Origin: Atractiella rhizophila
Taxonomy: Eukaryota
Direction: 5' to 3'
Length of the DNA: 64,000 nt
Assembly (NCBI GenBank): GCA_021432655.1
Contig: MU271207.1
Location: 80,022 to 144,021 of the forward strand
Numbering within the stretch: position 1 is the stretch's first letter; each line of letters begins with the position of its first letter. Both the position numbers and the translations under genes were made by a program. Below are positions 25,580-36,360 of this stretch, one piece after another. The notes under the pieces are model-generated. The model was not told the origin of the DNA. It was given only the letters and a program-made list of their open reading frames with translations, and ran no database searches.

Positions 25580-27818
25580 ATGGCCTCAAAGTCCGTTCGG
25601 GACGGTGTCACGACCCAGTTCCGTTCTGTCACCAACGCCACCCTTCCAGACGCACAGAGGATACTCAAGAAGGTAAACTACAAGTTAGAGCATGCCATTG
25701 AAATGTTTTATGGAGACCAACAAGCGATGAGGAACGCAAATAAGGGGGACTCAGGACAGGTGAGTAGTCCTTCAGGATTTCGAACGTCGGGAGCAAGGAC
25801 GAGGAGAGGAGATCCAAATTGGGCATCTGAAGCCTACCCCCCAACCGGAAGCCCCGAAATGGTTGGCGGGTGGGAACCGAAACAGCCAATTTGAACCCAA
25901 CCAAACCGCCAACTCCTAAGAAGCAACCGGCCGGTTGCCCCCAAAACAAAAGTCCCTAACCCAAAAAAACCCCAATAAAACAATTAAATCCTCCTGAAAA
26001 ACTGGGGTTTCCTTTCTCATCCCGGTTTTCCGAGAAGCTCCTATTTTATGGCTATCTAGCCCGTCATTTCTTCCTGCAGACATCAGCTTCCTATGTTGCT
26101 ATTGGAATGAGGGACGAGAAGATGATATCTTACAGGATGAGATGTAATTTGGCCACAATCCGTTCACACCTTTCACACGTGTGAAAACTTTATCTTTGTA
26201 ATTTCATATGGAAGCCCAGTTCAAGGACACCTCTTGTTCGAGACCAGGCAACATCTTGTCCATCATTCTGTGCTCACAGTAATCCATCCTTCGAACCCAC
26301 ATTTCATCTCTACTTCCTTGTTGTAATAGCTTAAATCAAGCCGTCATAATTGCACCGCCTCTTATGTCTTTCCTAGACTATTTCTAAAAACAATAAAAGC
26401 TCTCGTCTTTGCTTTGCGTTGCAACTCTTACCTCAAGATTACCAGTTCCAGGACTCACATTATCTGTCGCTTTCCTGTCGTGGTCGGTTCTCCTTCCTTC
26501 GCAGCAAAGGTTTTCTTGGTTATATAACTTGTTCCACGTCACTCTGTGCATGTGTACCGAGTTATCCTCCTGCTTCCCGTTTCATGGGCTACCGGTTACA
26601 AAGGATATTCGTCCCTTTGTTACCTGAATTCTTTGTTCCGTTCTTCCCCGTTGGCTATTATCAACCTTCCACTTTGTCCGTGAGGCTTCAGGAGCGCTAC
26701 ACCATGCTATCGAACCTCCTCCTAACAGCACGTCTAAGTTGGACTATGCCTCTGTGTTTTGGGTTGGTGGTCGTCACCGCTGCTTCAGCTCTGAGGACCT
26801 TCCAATCCCAAACCAGGTCCCTCCAATTTTCATTGCTCATAGAAACATTCCGTGGACGTTTGTCCAAAACATCACAGCACTTCATGGCCGTCAAATGCGA
26901 ACCAAAGGCTCGCGAAATTTACATGACTCCTGAACAGGAATCCCAAATCCGTTCCAAGCTCGAAAAGATATTCGACCGCTACGCAAACCCCGCCGACAAG
27001 ACCCGTACCAACATCGACGGGACCCTAGCCTTCTGCGCAGATCTAGAAGTAGACCCTGAAGACCCGGTCGTGATCGTGGTGGCCATGCTCTGCAAGTCTC
27101 CTTCGATGGGAGAGTTCACACGGAGCGGATTCGTCGATGGTTGGACGTCCGCCAGGTATGTCTTTCTTTCCTTTACTATCCATACCCCGTTTGCCCCGAT
27201 GTGGAATATTGATGCTTGGACTTAGGAAGGACTCGATCGAAGGCATGCAGGCTCATCTGATCCAGTTGAGGGGACGTGAAGGTTTTGGAGATGAGGAGAC
27301 GTTCCGAAAGGTTTATAATTTTACTTTTGATTGGGCGAAGCAACCCGGACAGAGGTCTCTTCGTGCGTCACTCTCAATTTCACCCTCTCCATCCTTCCCT
27401 CGTGTGCTGATTTGGTTTTGATGTGTGGACAGAATGTGATACCGCCATAGCGCTCTGGTCTCTCCTCCTCCCCCTCTCCACTGCACCTACCCAATTTACA
27501 AATCTACATCTGGAACTGTGGACAGAGTTCCTGAACGGTGTGAGTCCTAGCACTACCTTGGGTACCTTGTTACGTTAGGCAGACGTTGACGGCAGATGTT
27601 GGGTATAGCCGTATAAAAGCAAGGCCATCTCCAAAGACTCCTGGACGCTATTCCTCGACTTCTGGAAAACGAGTCGTGGTGATCTCTCCGAACACGACCT
27701 CGATGGTTCGCTTTTCACTCATCAGAACATGTGACTATGAGACTCATGGATGGGAACAGCTGCTTGGCCTTCCGTCATCGACGATTTTGTGGAGTGGGCA
27801 CGACCGAAGCTCCCTTGA
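25580..27818 (+). CDS. DCN1: DCN1, defective in cullin neddylation protein 1 (UBA-like + PONY domain)
   Basis: Exon 1 (25580-25759) is UBA-like (QFRSVTNAT...NYKLEHAIEMFY). Exon 2 from 26938 reads LEKIFDRY...IDGTLAFCADLEVDPED...MGEFTRSGFVDGW. Later exons give FRKVYNFTFDWAK, AISKDSW and AAWPSVIDDFVEW. Confidence 0.95.
25760..26937 (+). ncRNA. Candidate structured ncRNA, possibly telomerase RNA, within the 1178-nt intron 1 of DCN1 (mature ends unknown)
   Basis: GTGAGT...CAG intron about 20x typical length. CCCTAACCC lies at 25954-25962. Many complementary segments are present, including a crossing pair (26015-22/26135-42 and 26031-39/26398-405). Confidence 0.55.
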
Positions 27819-28589
27819 GAGTTAGAAAATAGGTGGGATTAATGAGAGTCTGTGTGTTTGTCTCGATAAAGATATCTTTGATTTGTTCGATTCGATTGAT
27901 GGTTCGTTGGACACGCTGTACATCCTATATCTGTACTTGGTTGTGTTGTCTCTTCTCTTTACAGCAACTCTCTTGACAAGAGCGTTGCTGAAAATACAGA
28001 TAATTGTATTCCTTTCAAGTAAGTTGTCGCTTTGCATGTAGCCACCCTCTCGTGACACCTGCTAGTATCCTAAGCCATGTCAGCAGTTTCTCAAACTAGC
28101 ACTAAACGTGAAGCCAGGAGAAATAACAAAAATTATTTGCACCGGACCCGAACCCGAGATTCTGGTTCCGCATCGAAGAAGCTAACGCATCAACCTCGGG
28201 CCTTCTGTCCAGACAATTTCGCTGGACCACCAACGAGTCTGGGCTGGAGTGGAGGAGTTGGGACACGAACACGTCTACGGCCACTGAGAGCTGCCAAACC
28301 GCAAAATAAGAGGTGCGTGCCTTGTTTGCTTATGCTGCTTTGCTTCGATGGTGATGTGTTGCGTCGGATGGGCGATGTCTCTTCCTATTATCGATCTTTG
28401 GGCCACAAAGCTTCAAAAGCGCGCCCTCCGCTTGCAGCTGCAGCCACACGTTACTGCAATCTCGCATAACCTGCGTCACTTACTTTACTTTACTTTACAT
28501 TCGAACCGATTCCACATACCACCGAACTCGAACCCGACTATCCGACAATCCGACGATAATCCAAATCCAGAAGAGAGGAAAGGAGGAAG

Positions 28590-31500
28590 ATGTCCTCCTT
28601 CCTCAAGAAATTCAAGTCCGGGTTCACATCCGCCGCTTCCCCTCCCTCGCCGCCTGCAAATGGAACGACACATGGAACAAACCCCGCGAATGGAACGACG
28701 GCCAATGGATCGAAAGTGAAGGCGAAACCGCTGCCTTTGTCCCTGCCTAAACCTGATCTCGTCCCAAAGAAGGCGCCGGCGAGCTCTCCTCAGCTTTCTC
28801 TCACCTGGATAGACCTCGGGTTGGAGAGTACACCGAAGGCTGGTGATGGATTAGGTGAGGGAGCTGGGAAGTGGTACAGGAGGGACAATTACGGCAAAGA
28901 TTGGAGTTGAAGAGTTTGGAAGAGTCAAGTTAACTCCTGGGGAAGTTCAAGGCCATTTGGGAGAAGGGTGGAAGGAGGATATGGATGGTGGTTAGTGTCT
29001 CCTCCCTTTTGGAACTCTATAGTAGGAGAGTGGGTCTTGTCAACATGACCTGCTATCTCCACTCTTTCTATCATTTTATAGCCAGCTCTAATACACGTAT
29101 GCACAGGACTAACCTCTCTCGGTCTTTTCCGTCCTTACCGTCTCTCTGAGAACCCTACGAACATCAGACGACTCATCAGCATCTACCTCTTATCTCTCCC
29201 CACGTCCTCTCCCTCTCACGCTCAGCTTCCCGCGAAATCAGCCTTGCGAGGCTGGAGCGGATTGTCCGAAACAGAAGGAGAAGGAGAAGGATGGGAGAAA
29301 GAGATGGAACGAGCCAACATCTCCGACGTCGCGGTCGTGCTCAAATGGGCACTTCGACACCTGGACTACGGAAGCTCCTCCTTCGGGAGCTCCACGTCCT
29401 TAGGTTGGTACGCCACCTTCGTGGAGGAAGAGAAGAAGGCATCGTTCCCCCCACGAGCTTACAGCACCATCCTCCTCCCCTCTCTGCCTGCCGCTCACGC
29501 CAGCCTTCTCTCCTCTGTCCTCTCCCTCATCGGCGCCATCGCCTCCCACTCGGAATACAACGGCATGCACTCGTCCCGTCTGTGCTTTATCCTCAGTGGC
29601 TGGTTGTTTGGAATCAAGAGCGGCGAATATGCGGAGTGGAAGAAGGCGGGAGAAGCGCTCGAGCATGTTTGGTTGGCTTGGGTGAGAGAGGAAGGCGAGG
29701 GAGTGAGGGAGAGGGAGTCGAAGCGTGGAAAGCTGGGAAAGAGAGAGGGACTGCCGCTGAGATTGGAGGAAGCGGTTAAAGGCTATCCTTTTGGTGGTTC
29801 TGGTACGCATTTCTCATCTCTCACCCCACCCCTGTAAAGTCCAGTACGAATAATGCTGATGACGTGGGTGGCACAGAGTACAAGACTCCGCCTCGCCACA
29901 TTCGTGATCGACGAGCACATGAGAAATACCTCCGCGTCCGCGTCGAGGCTCAAGGAGACTGGCGCTATGCTTCGGACCCGTCATCGGGCCCTTGGAGACA
30001 AAACGATCAGGCGACTGGATTGCCAGTCAGTTCTTCCCTCAATACCAAAGGACCCTATGCGCGCCGTGCCGCCGGAGACATATTGTACGATGCCTTGCGA
30101 GCGGGAGAGCTGGGAGAAGGAGAGGCGGAGAATGCTTGGAAGATGCTCGTGGACACCGCCAGGGTTGCTAAAGGGGAGGAAGAGGAGTTGGAGGAGGGAA
30201 CTTTCGATTATGAACGTATCCTCGGCGATGAGGTTACTCGTATCATCGACCTCGTTTCGCCTGCGACAGAGACCGCTGCCTCCGCCGGTGCGAAGTTGGT
30301 GCGCGTCAAGAGCACGAAGGCGGCCTTGGAGAGGTTCCATTCGGTTAGGGAAGCGAGGGAGAAGGAGAAGCGGGAGAAGGAGGCGAATAGGACGAGCGAG
30401 GAGATCGAGAGAGAGAAGAGGGATTTTGCTGCTAAGAGGTTCAAGAGGAGGAGCTTCAGTTTGGACCTTGCCATGGGGAAGGTCGGCAGTGGAGGGAAAC
30501 TAGGGACCGTATTTGAAGGTCAGGGAATGAAGAGCGAGGTGTTTGGAGAAAAGGATGACGGCAATGCAGGTGGTTGGGACGATTTCGCCAATGCTGGATT
30601 TGCACCTCTTACCTTCGAGAAGGATGACAACGGCCTTTCCCTGACTCCTCCGGGATCTCCCACTGGCACGGCCAAGCGAACGGCGCTCAAGAAGCACAAG
30701 ACGACTACTGCTGTTCCTAACAGCATCACCGTCGACGACGGCGTCAAACTTATCAAGGCTGGAGGCGAATCGCTCTTCGATGCACCAAAGAAATCCACGA
30801 GGCCTTCGATCCCCACCATTCAATCGGCGAGCTTTGGAGAGTTTGAAGAATCTTTCGCTGACGTCTGGATGGAATCCCTGGGCGATCCCCTCGTCGCCGC
30901 TGCCTGGCCTTCCACCATCATTGGAAGCTTGAAACAGAGCTTGATCTCCAAGTTGGGGAACCGCTTCAACTGGCTCCTCATCGATATGGAACTCGTTCCT
31001 TTCCATCCTCCTCCAGCTCCCGAACCATCCGAGACATCCGTTGTCTCATCCCCGCCTACCTCGATCTCGACAGCTTTGCCATCCGAGGCAGTGGTGGAGA
31101 AGAAAGAGAAGGAAAAGGAAAAGGAGCACAGAAGAGGTTTCTTTAGGAGGAAGAGCACGACTGCTTCACAGTCGGAGAAGGAGAAGGAGAGAGAGAAGAG
31201 AAAGAGTGCTATCTTCTCCACGCCTAGTTTCCTCAGGTCCAAGAGCTCCCATCGCCCCGAAGGAAGCGATTCGAGCGCAACGACCCCACCCGCTCTGCCT
31301 ACCTCCCAGGCGTCTGCTAAAGCGAATGGCGCTGCGCCGAAAGAGGAAAAAGAGAGCGGACGTGGAACCCCCGTTGCGTGTCTGAGAGGGAAGCATCAAA
31401 TGGTTCGGCCGCAGTGGGTGTTGCCGCGAAGGACGGAGAATCTGCCACTCCTACGGCCACTTCTCCTATCGAAGAGGAGAAGGGGAAAGCGAAAGCGGTG

Positions 31501-33757
31501 GGAACGAACGAAGCGGTGGGTCATCCTTGATTATTCTTCTTTGTTTTTGAGCGAACAGGATTTACCTGTCTTGCTATGTCTGAACACACGGTTGCTGCTT
31601 GCACACACATTTCTATTTAATTGCGCTCGTTATCATCGTTCAAGAGGTGTCTCTTGAGTACGCTCGTTCATTCCCCGTTCAGTGTCTATGCATCATCACG
31701 CTCGCTTAATCTATCTTCGGTCTCCGTTTGTCTCAGGGCTGTCATTGGAGCAAAGTCATCATTGTTATTTATTCTACTCCTACCCAACCGGTTAATTCAT
31801 ATCAGCCTGCACATATTTACTCATTCTCCTGTTTGTTTGGACAGGAGCAGTCAAACAGTAAAACCAAGATTCGCTTCGAAGACGACATCCAACATGTAAA
31901 GTCCACCTTCTTCCTCGTTTCTAGTAATCATTCGTCGTAACAGGCTGATACATCCCCACCCCATCGCTGTCGCCGACTCGGAAGCCAAGAAACCAGCAGT
32001 CGCTGACGTGGCTCCAGTAATCGCAGTGGGCGCAGCTGCTGCCCTTCTCCAAGAGGCGGGGACCACGGAGTCCAAGGAAGATCAGCAAAAGACTCCAGAA
32101 GCGGAACCTGTGGTACATTGTTTCGCGCACATGGTAATGACTTGCTGATGAAGGGGCAATTACAGACTCAGAAGGAGGCTGAGGAGGCTGGATTGGCAGT
32201 CGAGAAAGCCGACCTCGTTTGTCCTTCACTATCTGTCGCGCACTTATTTTTATAGCATTGTAGGAACAATCGGAGATTCAGAAACCTGTCCCTGAGGAAC
32301 AAGCTCAATCGGCTGCTGAAGGAGCTGAGGAAGAGGCACGATTCAGTGCTGACAATGCTGAGCAGGAGCGCATCGAGGCGGTTCGTGTTCAAATACCATC
32401 CAACCACAGCCCTGCTGACCGCTTGCGAAGGAGCGTCTTACCAAGGAGGCGGAGACCGCTAGAATCGCGAAAGAGGCTAGAGAGGCTGAAGAAGTGCATC
32501 TGGCGAAAGAGGCGGAGGAACAGAGGGTTGAAGCGGTTCGTCTCCACTGATTGATCTGGATGTGGCTCTCATCTCTTTTAGGAGCGACTTGCTGAAGAGG
32601 CCAGGAAAGCGGAAGAAGAAGCTCGATTGGCAGCTGAACAGGCTGAACAGGAGCGTCTTGAAGCGGAAAAGCTGGAAGCAGAACGCCTTGCAAAGGAAGA
32701 GGCTGAACGCGCTGCAGAAGAAGCTCGAAAAGCAGAAGAAGAACGCGTTGCTGAAGAGGCTCGGTTGGCTGCGGAGAAGGCGGAACAAGAACGTCTTGAA
32801 GCTGAAAGGCTAGCTAGGGAAGCGGCTGAGCAGGCAGAGCAGGAGCGACTGGAAGCCGTCTGTCTCTTTCTCTCCCGCGCATACCCATTCTCATTGCGCC
32901 ACTCAGGAGCGTGTGGCAAAGGAAGAAGCTGAGCGTCTCGAAACCGAAAGGATCGCTGAAGAAGCAAGATTGGCCAGTGAAAAGGCAGAACAGGAACGCA
33001 TTGAAGCTGAGCGTCTAGCCAATGAGGCGGCTGAGAAAGCTGAGCAAGAGCGCCTCGAAGCTGTGCGCCCCCCAATATCTGCGTTGCTACTCTTACACTG
33101 TGGTTTAGGAACGTCGGGCGAAAGGAGGAAGCCGATCGCCTTGAAGCTGAACGGATTGCTGAAGAAGCGCGACTAGCCGCTGAGAAGGCAGAGCAAGAAC
33201 GTGTAGAAGCGGAAAGGCTGGCTGAAGAAGCTCGATTGGCTGCGGAGAAAGCTGAGCAGGAGCGCGTTGAAGCTGTCCATCTCTTTCATCTACCCATATC
33301 TTATTCTCACTTAGTTATACAGGAACGTCTGGCGAAAGAGGAGGCCGATCGTCTTGAAGCTGAACGGATTGCTGAAGAAGCACGCCTAGGCCGCTGAGAA
33401 GGCAGAGCAAGAACGCCTTGAAGCTGAACGACTTGCAAAGGAAGCGGCTGAGAAAGCCGAGCAAGACCGTCTTGAAGCTGTGTGTCTACTCTATCGTGCC
33501 ATTTGCCGCTCAGACGATTCTTCAGGAGCGTTTGGCAAAGGAAGAAGCTGACCGTCTTGAGGCTGAAAGGATTGCTGAAGAAGCTCGACTAGCCGCTGAG
33601 AACGCGGAGGAAGAACGCCTTGAAGCTGAACGACTTGCAAAGGAGGCAGCTGAGAAAGCCGAAACAAGAGCGTCTTGAAGCCGTCCGTTGCTTCCCCACG
33701 CCGTATTGGTTCTCACAGTTATTTAGGAGCGTTTGGCGAAAGAGGAAGCCGACCGCC
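28590..33757 (+). pseudogene. Frameshifted, gap-truncated copy of the RhoGAP-like/repeat protein gene (probably an alternate haplotype or low-quality contig)
   Basis: Same sequence as 36361 onward but with single-base indels near 28868, 31377, 31955, 33122 and 33390. Confidence 0.7.
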
Positions 33758-34710
33758 NNNNNNNNNNNNNNNNNNNNNNNNNTTTCTCATCCCGGTTTTC
33801 CGAGAAGCTCCTATTTTATGGCTATCTAGCCCGTCATTTCTTCCTGCAGACATCAGCTTCCTATGTTGCTATTGGAATGAGGGAACGAGAAGATGATATC
33901 TTACAGGATGAGATGTAATTTGGCCACAATCCGTTCACACCTTTCACACGTAAGAAAACTTTATTTTGTAATTTCATATGGAAGCCCAGTTCAAGGACAC
34001 CTCTTGTTCGAGACCAGGCAACATCTTGTCCATCATTCTGTACTCACATTAACTCCATCCTTCGAACCCACATTTCATCTCCTACTTCCTTGTTGTAATA
34101 GCTTAAATCAAGCCGTCATAATTGCACCGCCTCTTATGTCTTTCCTAGACTATTTCTAAAAACAATAAAAGCTCTCGTCTTTGCTTTGCGTTGCAACTCT
34201 TACCTCAAGATTACCAGTTCCAGGACTCACATTATCTGTCGCTTTCCTGTCGTGGTCGGTTCTCCTTCCTTCGCAGCAAAGGTTTTCTTGGTTATATAAC
34301 TTGTTCCACGTCACTCTGTGCATGTGTACCGAGTTTATCCTCCTGCTTCCCGTTTCATGGGCTACCGGTTACAAAGGATATTCGTCCCTTTGTTACCTGA
34401 ATTCTTTGTTCCGTTCTTCCCCGTTGGCTATTATCAACCTTCCACTTTGTCCGTGAGGCTTCAGGAGCGCTACACCATGCTATCGAACCTCCTCCTAACA
34501 GCACGTCTAAGTTGGACTATGCCTCTGTGTTTTGGGTTGGTGGTCGTCACCGCTGCTTCAGCTCTGAGGACCTTCCAATCCCAAACCAGGTCCCTCCAAT
34601 TTTCATTGCTCATAGAAACATTCCGTGGACGTTTGTCCAAAACATCACAGCACTTCATGGCCGTCAAATGCGAACCAAAGGCTCGCGAAATTTACATGAC
34701 TCCTGAACAG

Positions 34711-35590
34711 GAATCCCAAATCCGTTCCAAGCTCGAAAAGATATTCGACCGCTACGCAAACCCCGCCGACAAGACCCGTACCAACATCGACGGGACCCTA
34801 GCCTTCTGCGCAGATCTAGAAGTAGACCCTGAAGACCCGGTCGTGATCGTGGTGGCCATGCTCTGCAAGTCTCCTTCGATGGGAGAGTTCACACGGAGCG
34901 GATTCGTCGATGGTTGGACGTCCGCCAGGTATGTCTTTCTTTCCTTTACTATCCATACCCCGTTTGCCCCGATGTGGAATATTGATGCTTGAACTTAGGA
35001 AGGACTCGATCGAAGGCATGCAGGCTCATCTGATCCAGTTGAGGGGACGTGAAGGTTTTGGAGATGAGGAGACGTTCCGAAAGGTTTATAATTTTACTTT
35101 TGATTGGGCGAAGCAACCCGGACAGAGGTCTCTTCGTGCGTCACTCTCAATCTCACCCCTCCCTCCTTCCCTCGTGTGCTGATTTGGTTTTGATGTGTGG
35201 ACAGAATGTGATACCGCCATAGCGCTCTGGTCCCTCCTCCTCCCCCTCTCCACTGCACCTACTCAATTTACAAATCGACATCTGGAACTGTGGACAGAGT
35301 TCCTGAACGGTGTGAGTCCTAGCACTACCTTGGGTACCTTGTTACGTTAGGCAGATGTTGACGGCAGATGTTGGGTATAGCCGTATAAAAGCAAGGCCAT
35401 CTCCAAAGACTCCTGGACGCTATTCCTCGACTTCTGGAAGACGAGTCGTGGTGATCTCTCCGAACACGACCTCGATGGTTCGCTTTTCACTCATCAGCAC
35501 ATGTGACTATGAGACTCATGGATGGGAACAGCTGCTTGGCCTTCCGTCATCGACGATTTTGTGGAGTGGGCACGACCGAAGCTCCCTTGA
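34711..35590 (+). CDS. DCN1: Second DCN1 copy, exons 2 to end (exon 1 lost at the gap); preceded by the 3' 928 nt of the long intron
   Basis: Near-identical to 26938-27818. Confidence 0.85.
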
Positions 35591-36360
35591 AAGTTAGAAA
35601 TGGGTGGGATAATGAAGAGTCTGTGTGTTTGTCTCGATAAAGATATCTTTGATTTGTTGGATTCGATTGATGGTTCGTTGGACACGTTGTACATCCTATA
35701 TCTGTACTTGGTCATGTCGTCTCTTCCCTTTACAGCAACTCTCTTGACAAGAGCGTTACTGAAAATACAGATAATTGTATTCCTTTCAAGTTGTCGCTTT
35801 GCATATGTAGCCACCCTCTCGTGACACCTGCTGGTATATTAAGCCATGTCAACAGTTTCTCAATCTAGCCACTAAACGTGAAGGCAGGAGAAATAACAAA
35901 AATTTATTTGCACCGGACCCGAACCCGAGATTCTGGTTCCGCATCGAAGAAGCTAACGCATCAACCTCGCGCCTTCTGTCCAGACAATTTCGCTGGACCA
36001 CCAACGAGTCTGGGCTGGAGTGGAGGAGTTGGGACACGAACACGTCTACGGCCACTGAGAGCTGCCAAACCGCAAAATAAGAGGTGCGTGCCTTGTTTGC
36101 TTATGCTGCTTTGCTTCGATGGTGATGTGTTGCGTCGGATGGGCGATGTCTCTTCCTATTATCGATCTTTGGGCCACAAAGCTTCAAAAGCGCGCCCTCC
36201 GCTTGCAGCTGCAGCCACACGTTACTGCAATCTCGCATAACCTGCGTCACTTACTTTACTTTACTTTACATTCGAACCGATTCCACATACCACCGAACTC
36301 GAACCCGACTATCCGACAATCCGACGATAATCCAAATCCAGAAGAGAGGAAAGGAGGAAG

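Noticed and set aside
26047..26310. H/ACA snoRNA interpretation of the DCN1 intron (ACA motifs near 26155 and 26299)
   Set aside because: No clean hairpin-H-hairpin-ACA layout was found by eye. Kept only as an alternative to the telomerase RNA hypothesis.
26419..26937. ORF extension upstream of DCN1 exon 2 (268-aa ORF 26419-27225; 224-aa ORF 34318-34992)
   Set aside because: The frame differs between the copies, there is no protein-like character, and exon 1 joins exon 2 to give a normal DCN1. Treated as intron read-through.
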